From NCBI GenBank assembly GCA_951406725.2, contig OX597831.1, forward strand, positions 16,616,001 through 16,680,000: 64,000 nucleotides of DNA, read 5' to 3'. Positions 28,583-53,962 of the stretch are shown here, in pieces. Made by a program: the position numbers and the translations under genes. Positions within the stretch are counted from its first letter, which is position 1. Every line of letters begins with the position of its first letter. The notes under the pieces are model-generated. The model was given only the letters and a program-made list of their open reading frames with translations. It did no database searches and had not been told where the DNA came from. Origin of the DNA: Octopus vulgaris. Taxonomy: Eukaryota.

Positions 28583-30505
28583 AAAAGCAATAAAGATTCA
28601 AGTTAATTTAAATGAATTTACTTGAATATGGTACCTAACTTAGATGCACCAAAACAAACTATACTGTTTTAACAATACAGTAATGTGGGGTGATAATAAG
28701 CGAGAAAGAAGCAACAAGAATGGATAGGTTTTTAGTACAATCGTTTCATACAAGGACAGGCTTTATTAAAAGTTGCAAAAATTACAGCATATAAACGTGT
28801 CCTGTACTCATCAGCTAAAATACATGTGAGTTCTCTAGACATCCTATTGGTTGAGGCTATACTCATGAAGTAGATAATTAAGTAACATAAACAGATTTCC
28901 AAAGTTCATTAAAGTTCTTTAAAGATGATGTACAGTCTTATCACAGAATTTTAAAAAAAGTTTTAACAGCATCACAGAGAAGGTGACCTAATCCATAGTG
29001 CACATATGAATATCCAGAGATATGATGAGGGATTACATACTCACAGACGACAAATTTATCCATTGTTAATCACAACGAGGTGGGTCTCAATTCCTGCTTA
29101 TTAGCATTACAGAGAGGGTGAATTAATCCTTTGTATAGATGCACAATTTCCAATGGTGTAGATGTAAATTTCAGAGAAATGAAGAGGAATTTCATATTCA
29201 CAGGCGATAAATTTATCAATGGTTGAACACAATGAGGTAGGTATCAATTCTTGTTATATGATTAGGTATTTGCCACATTAATCACATTACTGCTATTTAC
29301 AAGAGGCTGTAGCTATTTAACTTTTAAAGGCTGAAGGGCTTTCTAGAGAGGCAGAGAATAGAAAAGGGGAGGGAATAGAAGAAAAGAGAGAAAATAAAGG
29401 AGGAGGGAGCAAAAAGGGGGAAGAGGGACTAAAGAAGAAGAAGAGAAAAGGAAAAAGAGAATAGGAAGAAGAAAAAGAAAAAGAAAGAGAAAGAAATAGG
29501 AAAAGAAGGAAAAAAAGAAAAAAAGAAAAAGAAAAAGAAAAAAAGAGGGTTCTAGTTATACAGAAGAATTAGCAGACGGCAAGTCTGGTTTTAATTTAGA
29601 TGCCTGTAAATTAAAACCAGACTTGCCGTCTGCTAATTCTTCTGTATAACTAGAACCCTCTTTTTTTTTTCTTTTTCTTTTTTTCTTTTTTTCCTTCTTT
29701 CCCTATTTCTTTCTCTTTTCTCTTTTTCTTTTTCTTCTTCCTATTCTCTTTTTCCTTTTCTCTTCTCTTTTAGTCCCTCTTCCCCCCTTTTTTTGCTCCC
29801 TCCTCCTTTATTTTCTCTCTTTTCTTCTATTCCCTCCCCTTTTCTATTCTCTGCATCTCTAGAAAGCCCTTCAGCCTTTAAAAGTTAAATAGCTACAGCC
29901 TCTTGTAAATAGCAGTAATGTGATTAATGTGGCAAATACCTAATCATATAACAAGAATTGATACCTACCTCATTGTGTTCAACCATTGATAAATTTATCG
30001 CCTGTGAATATGAAATTCCTCTTCATTTCTCTGGAAATTTACATCTACACCATTGAAATTGTGCATCTATACAAAGGATTAATTCACCCTCTCTGTAATG
30101 CTAATAAGCAGGAATTGAGACCCACCTCGTTGTGATTAACAATGGATAAATTTGTCGTCTGTGAGTATGTAATCCCTCATCATATCTCTGGATATTCATA
30201 TGTGCACTATGGATTAGGTCACCTTCTCTGTGATGCTGTTAAAACTTTTTTTAAAATTCTGTGATAAGACTGTACATCATCTTTAAAGAACTTTAATGAA
30301 CTTCGGAAATCTGTTTATGTTACTTAATTATCTACTTCATGAGTATAGCCTCAACCAATAGGATGTCTAGAGAACTCACATGTATTTTAGCTGATGAGTA
30401 CAGGACACATTTATATGCTGTAATTTTTGCAACTTTTAATAAAGCCTGTCCTTGTATGAAACGATTGTACTAAAAACCTATCCATTCTTGTTGCTTCTTT
30501 CTCGC
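28580..30505. mobile_element. ~1.8 kb palindrome (two ~900 bp arms) of a second Penelope-type repeat
   Basis: 28700-29598 is the reverse complement of ~29607-30505. The centre is TTAATTTAGATGCCTGTAAATTAA, and each arm has a hammerhead near its outer end. Confidence 0.8.
30385..30475 (+). ncRNA. Type I hammerhead ribozyme motif (antisense copy 28730-28820)
   Basis: TTTTAG-CTGATGA-GTACAGGACA..TGTCCTTGTAT-GAAAC-GATT-GTA-CTAAAA. The core is intact, stems I, II and III pair, and the cleavage triplet is GUA. Confidence 0.75.
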
Positions 30506-30610
<105 letters not shown>

Positions 30611-31238
30611 TCAAGCCCTCGTCAGAGATTATAAAATACAATTATAAAAATGCAGATACACATACACAAGAATATATATATATACATAAGTGTATACACT
30701 TATGTATATATTTGTCCCTTCCGTTATATTTTCCCTAAAATAAATGTTCAAATGTAAATGTGCTCTTCAAAAACTGGACTGAGAATAAGGAAAGGATAAA
30801 AGTACCACCTGCCTTTATAGCCAGTTCATGCCACTGACGTATACATGGGTGTGTCTCTGTGTATGTGTCTGTGTGTGTACGTGTGTGCGTGTGGAAGAAT
30901 TTCATTCGAATGAACGGACACAATTATTTGTATTTTTCAAGTTTAGTCGCTATTCGATCGTTCTTTTCTCACCACCACTCCGTTAACCTCTAAACCAAAA
31001 GCTTCCAAACGCATTCCAAAATGATTTAAGAATCATGAAACACTGTAAAATTGTCTAAAGCATTATTTCGTATCCGATACATGCAATTGACACAGCTAAA
31101 CACCTGTTACACTGCATCTCATTATATGTACATGCATACACACTTACATATATATATATATATATACTTACATATATACATACATACGTATATACATACA
31201 TATATACATATACATGTGCATATAAATACATGTATATT

Positions 31239-31313
<75 letters not shown>

Positions 31314-31363
31314 TTGTTAGGGCCTAACAACCATTGCGTTATTGCTTGTCTTTTCCGCCACGA

Positions 31364-42435
<11,072 letters not shown>

Positions 42436-43412
42436 ATAAAATATGTCCTGTTTCAAATGTACATCTATTTCATCGTACTTTTTCTTAATAAATACCAGTT
42501 GCTTATCTTCGAAATCAGCCACAATGTTTTTGAATACCTTGACTTCTATTGCGCATTATTTTTTATGTACCGTCAATGTTTGAGATGTACTTTTCTTTAC
42601 ATAGATTTTTATATTACGTAATGTTCAATGACTACTCGTCTGTAGGTTTTCCACAGTCTCTCCTATATTAATATTACGTAAACTTGTAATATATACATTG
42701 GATTATCCAGTCATGAACGAGAAATGATGTTTCAGGAAAAATAAAGCGGTAATTATGTTCTATGTACACACAGTCTTATCATATGCGGCCTGCTGTTTAC
42801 TTGAAATCATTATGGCACATGGAACAAATTGAGGACTCAGTTTTCTCCAGTGCTTGTGGATCATTTACTATGTGTTCTCTACAGAGGAAGGCAAGGCTTG
42901 CTTTCTTCAGTTCCGTAAATCCACAGTGACGGGCAACGTTACCATTTAGAGGAGCAGCGTTTCGCATGCTTGCATGAAGTTGGTCTCGATGTTGGAGTCG
43001 ACTTCGCTGAAAGGAGAAGCAGGACGGTGTCATGTCCTGCGTTCTGATGCGTTTGTCTTTGAAGTAGAGGTATTGGCCGTATTAAAGTAAAATAATGCAA
43101 AAAGCCAGATATTCTCAAGTATTGTCGATATAATTATGGTTATGGAAGAACGATATAGTAAAAACTAATTGAGAGCATCAAGAACAATGTATTGTCTCTT
43201 GTGAAATGGGTAAATGCTGCTGAAATATGAAATGTAACCTCTGTGGCAAAAGATATCATAAAAGTATTACCGTTGCACTGCTGTGCTTCTTGTTTTAGGG
43301 TCCCAAAATAGTCGAGTATGCTACAAAGTACATGTTTCCCATTTGATTTACAATTCACGGAGTTCAATTAAATAAATATTGGTAATTTCATATGAATACA
43401 TGTTGACATATA

Positions 43413-43472
<60 letters not shown>

Positions 43473-43475
<3 letters not shown>

Positions 43476-43781
43476 GAGTCACAATGGCCTAGTGGTTAGG
43501 GCAGCGGACACGCGGTCGTAGGATCACGGATTCGATTCCCAGACCGGGCGTTGTGAGTGTTTATTGAGCGAAAACACCTAAAGCTCCACGAGGCTCCGGC
43601 AGGGGATGGTGGCGATCCCTGCTGTACACTTTCGCCACAACTTTTCTCACGCTTTCTTCTGTTGGCCTGCTCGCTTAGCCAGCTGGGTGGCGTCATTTGA
43701 AGGCTAAAAAACAATGCGGAGCGCATTTTGACCAGCGATGTGTAGCAACATCTGATAGCCTGGTCGGTCACGGTGATCACG

Positions 43782-43786
<5 letters not shown>
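43473..43786 (+). mobile_element. tRNA-derived SINE (family A), duplicate of 25598
   Basis: Near-identical to 25598-25910. Confidence 0.85.
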
Positions 43787-43866
<80 letters not shown>

Positions 43867-44538
43867 GAAAAGATGAGTCATAGAAAGAGAGGCTATATAC
43901 AAATAGAGACATATATTTAGGTGAATATGTTTCCTGTTTCCAAATAAATGATCTGCTCGAAACGTAACACAACGCAGTCTTTCTTTCTTTAAGCGTCTTA
44001 TTACTACATCGAATGCGCTACGTCTCGCTTTGTTTATTCGTCACCTTTTTGTTTCCCTGCTTTTTCAATCAACTATATATATATATATATATATATAAGT
44101 ACAAAATGAGATAGTGGTTATGAGTGTAAACCACTATGGGATATCAGTTATCCAATATACTGCGGGTGAAGCACCTAAATGGCAAATACATAAATGCTTA
44201 TAATTGCAATGCAATTAATTCATTTATTGTATTAGATGGGCGAAAGTAAAATATTTTACCTCAAAATCATAATACAAATAAGAAAATGGAGGAGCAGATT
44301 CACTTCAATCATCAACTTACGGATATTACCAATTCATATTATTTATTAACTACATAAATAGGAACATCCAAATCCAACAAAACAAAACAATATACATCAA
44401 TACGTAAGATGAGAAAATCATAAGAATAATACACATAAAATGGATCTTACAGCTGTTTCAGCCTATAGATAAAGGTATCTCATTCTGCCTATATTAGTCA
44501 GATTTATTGAGGTACTATGTAGTTAAAAATGAGTCACT

Positions 44539-44662
<124 letters not shown>

Positions 44663-45296
44663 TCAAGCCCTCGTCAGAGATTATAAAATACAATTATAAA
44701 AATGCAAATACACATACACAAGAATATATATATATACATAAGTGTATACACTTATGTATATATTTGTCCCTTCCGTTATATTTTACCCAAAATAAATGTT
44801 CAAATGTAAATGTGCTCTTCAAAAACTGGACTGAGAATAACAAAAGGATAAAAGTACCACCTGCCTTTATAGCAAGTTCATGCCACTGACGTATACATGG
44901 GTGTGTCTCTGTGTATGTGTCTGTGTGTGTATGTGTGTGCGTGTGGAAGAATTTCATTCGAATGAATGGACACAATTATTTGCATTTTTCAAGTTTAGTC
45001 GCTATTCGATCGTTCTTTTCTCACCACCACTCCGTTAACCTCTAAACCAAAAGCTTCCATACGCATTCCAAAATGATTTAAGAATCATGAAACACTGTAA
45101 ACTTTTCTAAAGCATTATTTCGTATCCGATACATGCAATTGACACAGCTAAACACCTGTTACACTGCATCTCATTATATGTACATGCATACACACTTACA
45201 TATATATGTATATATATACTTACATATAGACATACATACGTATATACATACATATATACATACATATATACACATAAATGTATATATAAATACATG

Positions 45297-45343
<47 letters not shown>

Positions 45344-45393
45344 TTGTTAGGGACTAAAAGACATTGCGTTATTGCTTGTCTTTTCCGCCACGA

Positions 45394-48300
45394 ATGATGA
45401 AGCTAGTAATTTTCCTGTTTAGCTGTTTCTTCGCTGAGTGTAAGTTGTCATTTATTATGCATTGCTTTAGTTTGGAATACAGTTATCAATTACGTGGTTT
45501 TATATAACCTATTTTTTATTACCCAAAAGGGGCTAAACGCAGAGGGGACAAACAAGAGCAGACAAACGGATTAAGTCGATTACATCGACCCCAGTGCGTA
45601 ACTGGTACTTAATTTATCAACCCCGAAAGAATGAAAGGTAAAGTCGACCTCGGCGGAATTTGAACTCAGGACGTAACGGCAGACGAAATACGGCTACGCA
45701 TTTCACACGGCGTGCTAACGTTTCTGCCAACTCGCCTAGATTTATATAACCGATGATTTCATGTATTTCAGGATTGCGATACGTCAGCTGTTAATGTGGA
45801 CAAATTTCTGACAAAGTTTTGTGTGTGTGGTGTTTTATTTATTTTATTCAATTTGTTACTTAGATGTTGTTACTTAAAATCATTCATTATAGCTGCGTGT
45901 TGCTAAAGAACTCATTTCAGTTTTGTGTTTAACTGAGTTTTTAGTTATATATTTGCAAAGATTACCAGGAGGAAAGGAAGAAAAACAAATGTAGCCTACG
46001 CTACGCACCCTGCACGTAGTATTTCTGATTCAAGCATTTGCTCTTCTGCTATGCTCTTGTCTCTTAATATATGTATGTGTGTGTATGAGTGTGTGTACGT
46101 ATGTGTATGTATTTCAACACATTCACAGTCACATACGTGGTTACAAGCATTGTTTCAATGAAAATAATAAAACATCAATTATCTATAATCCATTTATGTA
46201 AAACTAAACACCTATTTTACCACTTATTGATATCTCCCTTGTTTACTGTCCTATGATATCTTAAATGGCGAAAATCTTGTCGCTCTACCGCCGCATGAGT
46301 TTGATATATGAACGTTGACCAATCAATTTCGACGTTAAAGGATAGCGTTCTGTGCTACAATATTTATTAAAAAAAGCAATTTTTATAACCGTCCAAGCTG
46401 CTTTGTCTCAACAAGCATCGGATCCAGCAGACAACTGGGAAGACTAGCTTCGGAGATCTGAGAAAGAGATCTGAGACAAGAGAATGAAGTCATTGTTATT
46501 TAATTTCTCGAACGTGAAATTCTTCTTTGAATCTTTCGTCAGTCTTGCATGCGTTCACTTGGCCTCTTCAAATGCTTTCACTCCACTCCACACTTTTATT
46601 CGCCTCCAGCTCGATCTGTTCCAATTGACTTTATGGTGCTCCTTACGCCGTCGTTAAACATTTCTATTTATGTTTACATCGATAGCCTTTGCCCTCCGCA
46701 CGGTCAACATAAAACAGCTGTTTCGGGTTTCATTCGACGTCCGAAGAATAAGGCCACACTGTTTCATTTGGCTTTTCAAAATCATTGCTGTAGATGCAAG
46801 GACATAATTTTGTTATGAGTTTTATATTAGGACATAGGCGATCCTTTCAGTCGAACCACACATTTGAAGAACCCGATTATAATACGGTGTAGAAGTGCAA
46901 ATATGGCATGCAGTAGGAGATAATTTGGAGAATCCAATCGAAATAACTGTGATTATATTATTAAGGGTAGGTTTAGGGTGACATAGATATACTGTAAATA
47001 TTGATTGAGTTTGTGGAACGTGTAAATTATGGAAAGGTATAGATTTGTTCTTATGTCCAGAGTAATGTCTAAGTCGATGGCCATATTAGTATCATTTTCG
47101 AATCAGATACTCATGTTCCAATTTATAAAATATGTGTGTAGGGCTTTCTTGGTGAATTTGTGAGGGGTTCGAAACAATCTAGTTGCATTTAAAAGCCTCC
47201 GGAATGGCTAAAGAAATAGTGTTTAGTTTAAGAAAGAAGAATAGACCTACTAGGTCAGTAAGCTGACCTGAGTCAGATGAGGACATTCTTATATCGAAGA
47301 AATCGGTACCTGTGTTAAAGATTCAGTAATTATCCTTAAGTCGAATTACACTTTTCCAAGCAGCCAGGATGATATGACCGTCAGATCGGGAATTTGGTGC
47401 GTAACTTCAAGCGAACATCAAGTCTTTATTGGAGTGAATTTTGTATATCGAAAAATAATAATTTGTGGATAATGTTTGCATTAATTTTTTTATTAATTCA
47501 GTTTTTATAAATGACATTAATTTCATTTGTTTTTACTTGTCTACTCCATATCTTATTTAAATGTTTTACTTCATGCATTATATATAATTTGTAAATAAGC
47601 CAAAGTTTTTATTCTTTAGGTTTTGCGTGGGCAACAGATTGCCTTGACCAGCATGAAGGTCGTTGCAAAGAGAACACTGTCGGACATGTGTGGTTTGACT
47701 TTTGCAAGTATATACAAATATACATTTATCATCATCTTATTAGACAATTCTGTAATACAATTAATATTTAAACATTATGTCACTTATATAAAGGGAGCAG
47801 TCATTTAATCGATACCAGTTCATATCTACCGAAACTTTTATAAATTTAAAATGTGAAAACTGCGTCACTTTCAAAATTTGATACTTGTCAGTATCTTAAT
47901 ATGTATATTGTGCATTGTTTTATTCCGATACGCTAATGCACATGTATATTTTTCGTAAATATATTGATCATTGCTAAAATATAGCGCAAAACACAGTATG
48001 CTTGTCATTTGAGGACTGTCGCAATATACAATGTATTTATATACACTAAAAATATTTCTTTGCGGGTATTTTCTATCATAATAACAAAATAAAATCAAAT
48101 TATTTAGATATTTCCAGTAAATGCATCAATTATTCGCAGGTTAATGATCAACAAGAATATAGCCCGTGCGTGTGTTACGTGATTCGCCACAATAATGAGA
48201 ATTCATTTAATAGCGTCAGTTTATGCCTTTATTTCCGTTGTTCTGAATGATGGTGCAGGATCGCACTGGGTTTGAAACCACGTACTTTTAGATTGATTCC

Positions 48301-51300
48301 CACTGCGCAGCACCTTAGGCATGTACGTTTTGCCATAGACATACATCACCTATGGCATTGTGAGTGAATCTGGTGCATGAGAACTGGTCATGAGACAAAA
48401 TACATATTATCCATTATATATACATAGACAAATACATACACACATATATACATACACATTATCCATTATATATACATACACAAATACATACATATATATA
48501 TATACATACATACATGTCTATGTTGTTCCGTCTATGAACCCCCACTCCAATGCTTGAAAATAGAGGTTGATTTGTGTAGGCCTCGTTAACCCCTCAGTTT
48601 AGTAAGAGCGGTCAATAACAGTAGCGCAAAGCTTTAGAGTGAGTACCTGTGAGATTGACGTTTGTTCCTTCTCGAGCCACGCCTAGTTCATAAGGACCGG
48701 TTTCCCATTTGCCTTGACGCATTGGTTCCCACCTGGAAGGGACGCTAGTCCATCGCAGGTGAGTTGCAAGATACAGGAGGAAAGATTGAGAGAAAATTGT
48801 GGCGAAAGAGTCAGCAGAAGTTCGCCATTACTTTCTGTCGGAGCCGCGTGTAGCTTAGGTGTTTCGCTCATAAACACACACATCGCCAGGTCTGAGATTG
48901 GAACCCGATATCCCTGGAACGCGAGTCCGCCACCTGTGAGATTGGACCAAATAAAACCAACTATGAACTGGAGCAAGTAAATTAGAAGAGATATAGAGCA
49001 CGAGAAATCCTATTAGCCAGTATTTCATTTCACATTTTACAAAATAATAAATATAATTCCAGACATTTTTATACTCATGTTTCAATATCCCAGTGCTTTC
49101 TTTTTTCTTACAGAATGTACAAAAATTCTCCGAAGTGCTTCATCAAATTATCACCATATTGTACTAAATTCTACGAGTTTTATAATAAACATAGGTGTTT
49201 GGTAAGTTATCTCTCTATATATAAATCTGAGAATGTGTGTCTGTCTATCTGTCTCTCTCTCTGTCTGTGTGTTTCCCTAAAACTTGAGAACTACAGAAAC
49301 AATTTCATTCAAATTTTACACATGCCTTACTTAGGGTCCATGTAGATTCATGCGCAAAAAAAATGTTCAACTTCTTGCCTACTGTGATCCTATTGTAATA
49401 TTATATCTTCTCCATTATTCCAGTATTACGTGTTAGAAGTGAAACAAAAACATTTCTCTATTTTATGTCAGATACTTTCACTTTAAAAATAAATAATAGA
49501 GATAATAATAACAATTGAATTATATGTAGTAAGTAATAATTAAAATCAAACTAAAGTATAATATAATCGTAACGTAACAAAAGTAAAAATAGCAATTGGC
49601 ATAAAATTGCATCACTGACTTGAACTTGAATAAGTGGTTTCACATGAATGGGAATAAATTAAAAATAAAATTAGCGTGCAGAAATGGAATAGTCGAGATG
49701 GAGGTGTGCACATACCGTTTACCACGGCTTTTACATTAGATTATCAGCTAATTAGCTAGCATTAAGTATCTATATAAAATTTGGCTGTATGTAATGTCTG
49801 TTTTCTCGAACAGACGCTGCTACTGAGTACTGCTGTTTGTTTATTTCTTATACATAAAGGACTATAGCTTTAGCTGCGTACTGCTTATTACATGACCGTA
49901 AGGTTTGTTGTTATTATTATTACTGTTTAAGTATTGTTATCGCGTTTGTTGGTTCCTCGTAAGGGAAACGTCGTTGTGTTGTATTTGTTAAATAATTGTA
50001 AACTGTAACCCTCCCTTTTTGGGAGAAGGAGAATTGGTTATTGTTTAAAAATTGAATTGTATCCCTGTTAGGGGAATTGACAATATTTTCACCGTTGACA
50101 CGGAAGCATTTTTGTTAGAATGCCTTCGATAGAAGAAAGTAGAGAAATGAATTTGCTGTAGCCGTCGGCGGGCGCGAACTCATTAAAATTAAAATGGAAG
50201 AAATACAAACCTATTTCGGATTGATCACCGACAAAGACGGTGAATCTAGGATAACACCACCAAACGAAATAAAAAAATAAATTAAAGAAAAGACTATCGT
50301 CTATAAAGTATACAATGTAGACAAAAAATATTTAAACGCCTGGAGGAAAGTACCATCAAAAATTGTCTTGGTCCGATTATGAAAGATATATAACCAGAGG
50401 CGGAATATTCGCCAAAATAGAAGCAAGATTCGAGTTAACGGAGCGTGCAAGGGAGTACTCGACTCGAATTTTGCATAGTGGAAATATTTTATTTTTACCT
50501 TTATATCTGGGACATAGGACGTCCCGGATGAAAATTAAAAATGTCGCCCCAGAAGTAGAGGTAGGCTGGATTGTAGCCACACTTCTATACAAGAGGGTGG
50601 ACAAGTAAAAATTGATCGAAATTGTAAGAGACGGGCCTACAATTCCATATATTTTTGTTATATATTTTGAGTATTGTTATCGCTAGGGATATCAAGATAT
50701 AACAATGTATTTTGTATTATATGTGTAGATGCATATATATATATAGATGTACATGTAATATTTACACACATATATACACATATATACATGCCCTGACATT
50801 ATGACCAGGCAACGTCGGGTCATAATGCTAGTTTGAATTAATTAAGATCCATTGATAATAAAACTTCCCCAGTTAACAAACGATACAATGCTTTGTTTTG
50901 TTAAAACATGTGACAAGGATTTTGCTGGACAGTAACCTGTATTCATAGTTTGCCCAGAGCAACTTATTTACTGAAACCCTATATTTACGAGATCGAACTC
51001 AATAGTAGCAATTTTACACGTTACAACGCTCAAAATATTAATATGTACCATATGTACATGCATTCATACATACGTTTATATATATACGTGGACTGATCAA
51101 TATGTTTCAGGGGTGTTGTCATAGTAACCAAGCTAAGGCACGCACGTGTGAAGCATCTCCGCACAGATTCACCACAAATTCTACTGTGAATGTCCACTAG
51201 AATTTAATGATCCAGCTCAATTCCGTTGTTTACGACAGCGCTTAAAACTAATGCGTGGAACGTGTGATTCTCGCATTGAGTAAAACCGAGAAATTTGAGC

Positions 51301-51518
51301 GGAGGAACTGCATGAAATTTTGACAAAAACTTGCCAATACCTGCTGAGAGGCCTAGGAAATGTTTTCGAAAATGCTCATCATCATCGGCTAAATCAAGAA
51401 GATCATATGCGACTGACACCCGAGAGTCCTATCTGTTAGCGGAAAGCAGCTTTGGCACAAAATTAAGGTGCTAAGTGCCAAGCTTCCTTTTGTCTATTCA
51501 CGCTTTTATCATATATAA

Positions 51519-51602
<84 letters not shown>

Positions 51603-51859
51603 CGTGAATAGACAAAAGGAAGCTTGGCACTTAGCACCTTAATTTTGTGGCAATGGCCTAGTGGTTAGGGCAGCGGACTTGCGGTCGGAGGATCGCGGTT
51701 TCGATTCCCAGACCGGGCGTTGTGTGTGTTTATTGAGCGAAAAAAACACCTAAAAGCTCCACGAGGCTCCGGCAGGAGGTGGTGATCCCTGCTGTACTCT
51801 TTCACCACTCTAAAAGGCGGTGCTCCAGCATGGCCGCAGTCAAATGACTGAAACAAGTA

Positions 51860-51895
<36 letters not shown>

Positions 51896-52212
51896 CATAT
51901 ATATATATATACATATATATATACATATATATATACATATATATATACATATATATATACATATATAGATACATATAAAGATAGAGATACGCGTGTGTGT
52001 ATGTGTTTGTTTAAATTTACGTTTTCTTTTTCAGTACAATGACAAAAGTAAATCTTTTGAAAATAACGCCGAGGTACGTTATGTTATTACTAATCATTTT
52101 TGTCTAACAGCTCTAAACCTTTGATAGAGTCTCGATTTTACTGTAAAATATCCATATTGTTAATGTATACATACATGTACACACACACACACGCACACAC
52201 ACATACACACAC

Positions 52213-52245
<33 letters not shown>

Positions 52246-53888
52246 CATGTCTGCATTTGTATATACGTGCGTGTGAATATACGTGGGTGTAAGGTGAGTA
52301 GTTTGGCAAAGAATTGTTCATGATTCTTCTAGACATAACTTATACTTGTAATAAACACATGTAAAATACAAGTGTAACTTATGTCTAAATGAATCCCTAA
52401 ACATTCTCCGACTTCATAACCTCTGATTATTGTCATTTATTGTCGTAAACACACGTACTACGTATCTTTTTCGTATTTGTCTAAATTCATTTAGTTCCAT
52501 AACAAAACCTTCACACTCAACAAACCATAACCAAAGAAAGAGCTTATCAATCTGTTACTTTCAAAATGCTACCCCACATCTGATTCATTGTCATGCACAA
52601 ATTTTCCATTTTTTTACAAATTCAGCTAATCAAATACATCCCACGTTCCCCAGTTTCAAAAGTACTTAACAATAATTGAAAACAAACTAATTTTGTTCTA
52701 ACCACCTTAATCACTCCTCTCTATGTAATTTCATACCCTTCTATTTACGATAACATCAACCTCAAGTACCAACACAATCCCCTTGTCCCACTAAAATTTT
52801 TCTAGACCATCTTCTCACTCTCTATTTTATCCCACACTCTCAACTCTCATCCCTCTGTACCTACTTTACGAATCTCCCTCATGCATAGAATCACTCAACT
52901 TATTCCCCTAAAAAAATATCGATCTCCATTTTCACTATCTCGACATTTGACTTTATAGCTCTCATACAAATTAAATCAAACATCATCATCCACATTCTCC
53001 CTAAACCACGCTTCTCTTTTCCTCCAAATCTCCAATTTTACTACTATCAATAATTTCATTATTAACCCTTATCCTGGAATTTAGGTTTTCTCTCTATTTT
53101 ATACACCAACAAAACCACTTCGTAATGCACTTCTCTACAAAATCACTTCATCATGAAACTCCGTTCTGTCAATATCGCAAATGTGGAATTCCTCCCTGAA
53201 AACAGAAGCATTTATTATCTGATGTGGGGTGTCAATTTACAATCTTTATTTAGGGCAGCCACGACCACGAGAAATAGTTTTTGACACGTAAAATTCTTAT
53301 TGAAACGATTTAATTCGTGACATCATTTCTATTCTGTGTACGTTGGATGTTTTTAAATGTAATCCCCTGTACCTTTTTGTATTGAATGTTTTGAATATTT
53401 ACTTTATATTCCGACTTCGCTAACTTACTTCTCTCTGTTGAAGTTAAGCCTCTGGAGCACTACGAAGTGTATTCTATACAAAGATTACCTGTCGTTATAA
53501 ACTATACGTAGATAGATACAAACACAAACAGAATAATAGGAAACCGGGCAGGCGCCAGAAATGGCTAAGTTCGTTAACATGTATCTCATATTGCAATAAA
53601 CATTATTGAATACATCACGTTTCAGTACGATACCGTATAGATGCAAGTTATAGATGAAATGTAAAACATTTATGCGACAGGTGATGTTATTTTGTGTGGC
53701 ATCCGTAAAGCAAGCAAACAGAAATGGCATCCAAAATTTACGAAAGCTTTTCCGGTAGTAATTTGCTGTTATGATCGTAAACGTAAAGATTGCTGTTCTT
53801 CAATATTGGATAGACTAGTTCTTCGTTTAATTATTACATTCGGATGCATGACCCAGTGTGATAGTGTATCGTCAGATTAGTTAATAAG

Positions 53889-53962
<74 letters not shown>

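Noticed and set aside
26690-30505. CRISPR-like or prokaryotic system
   Set aside because: There is no short repeat-spacer periodicity or cas-like ORF, and the context is eukaryotic with spliceosomal introns.
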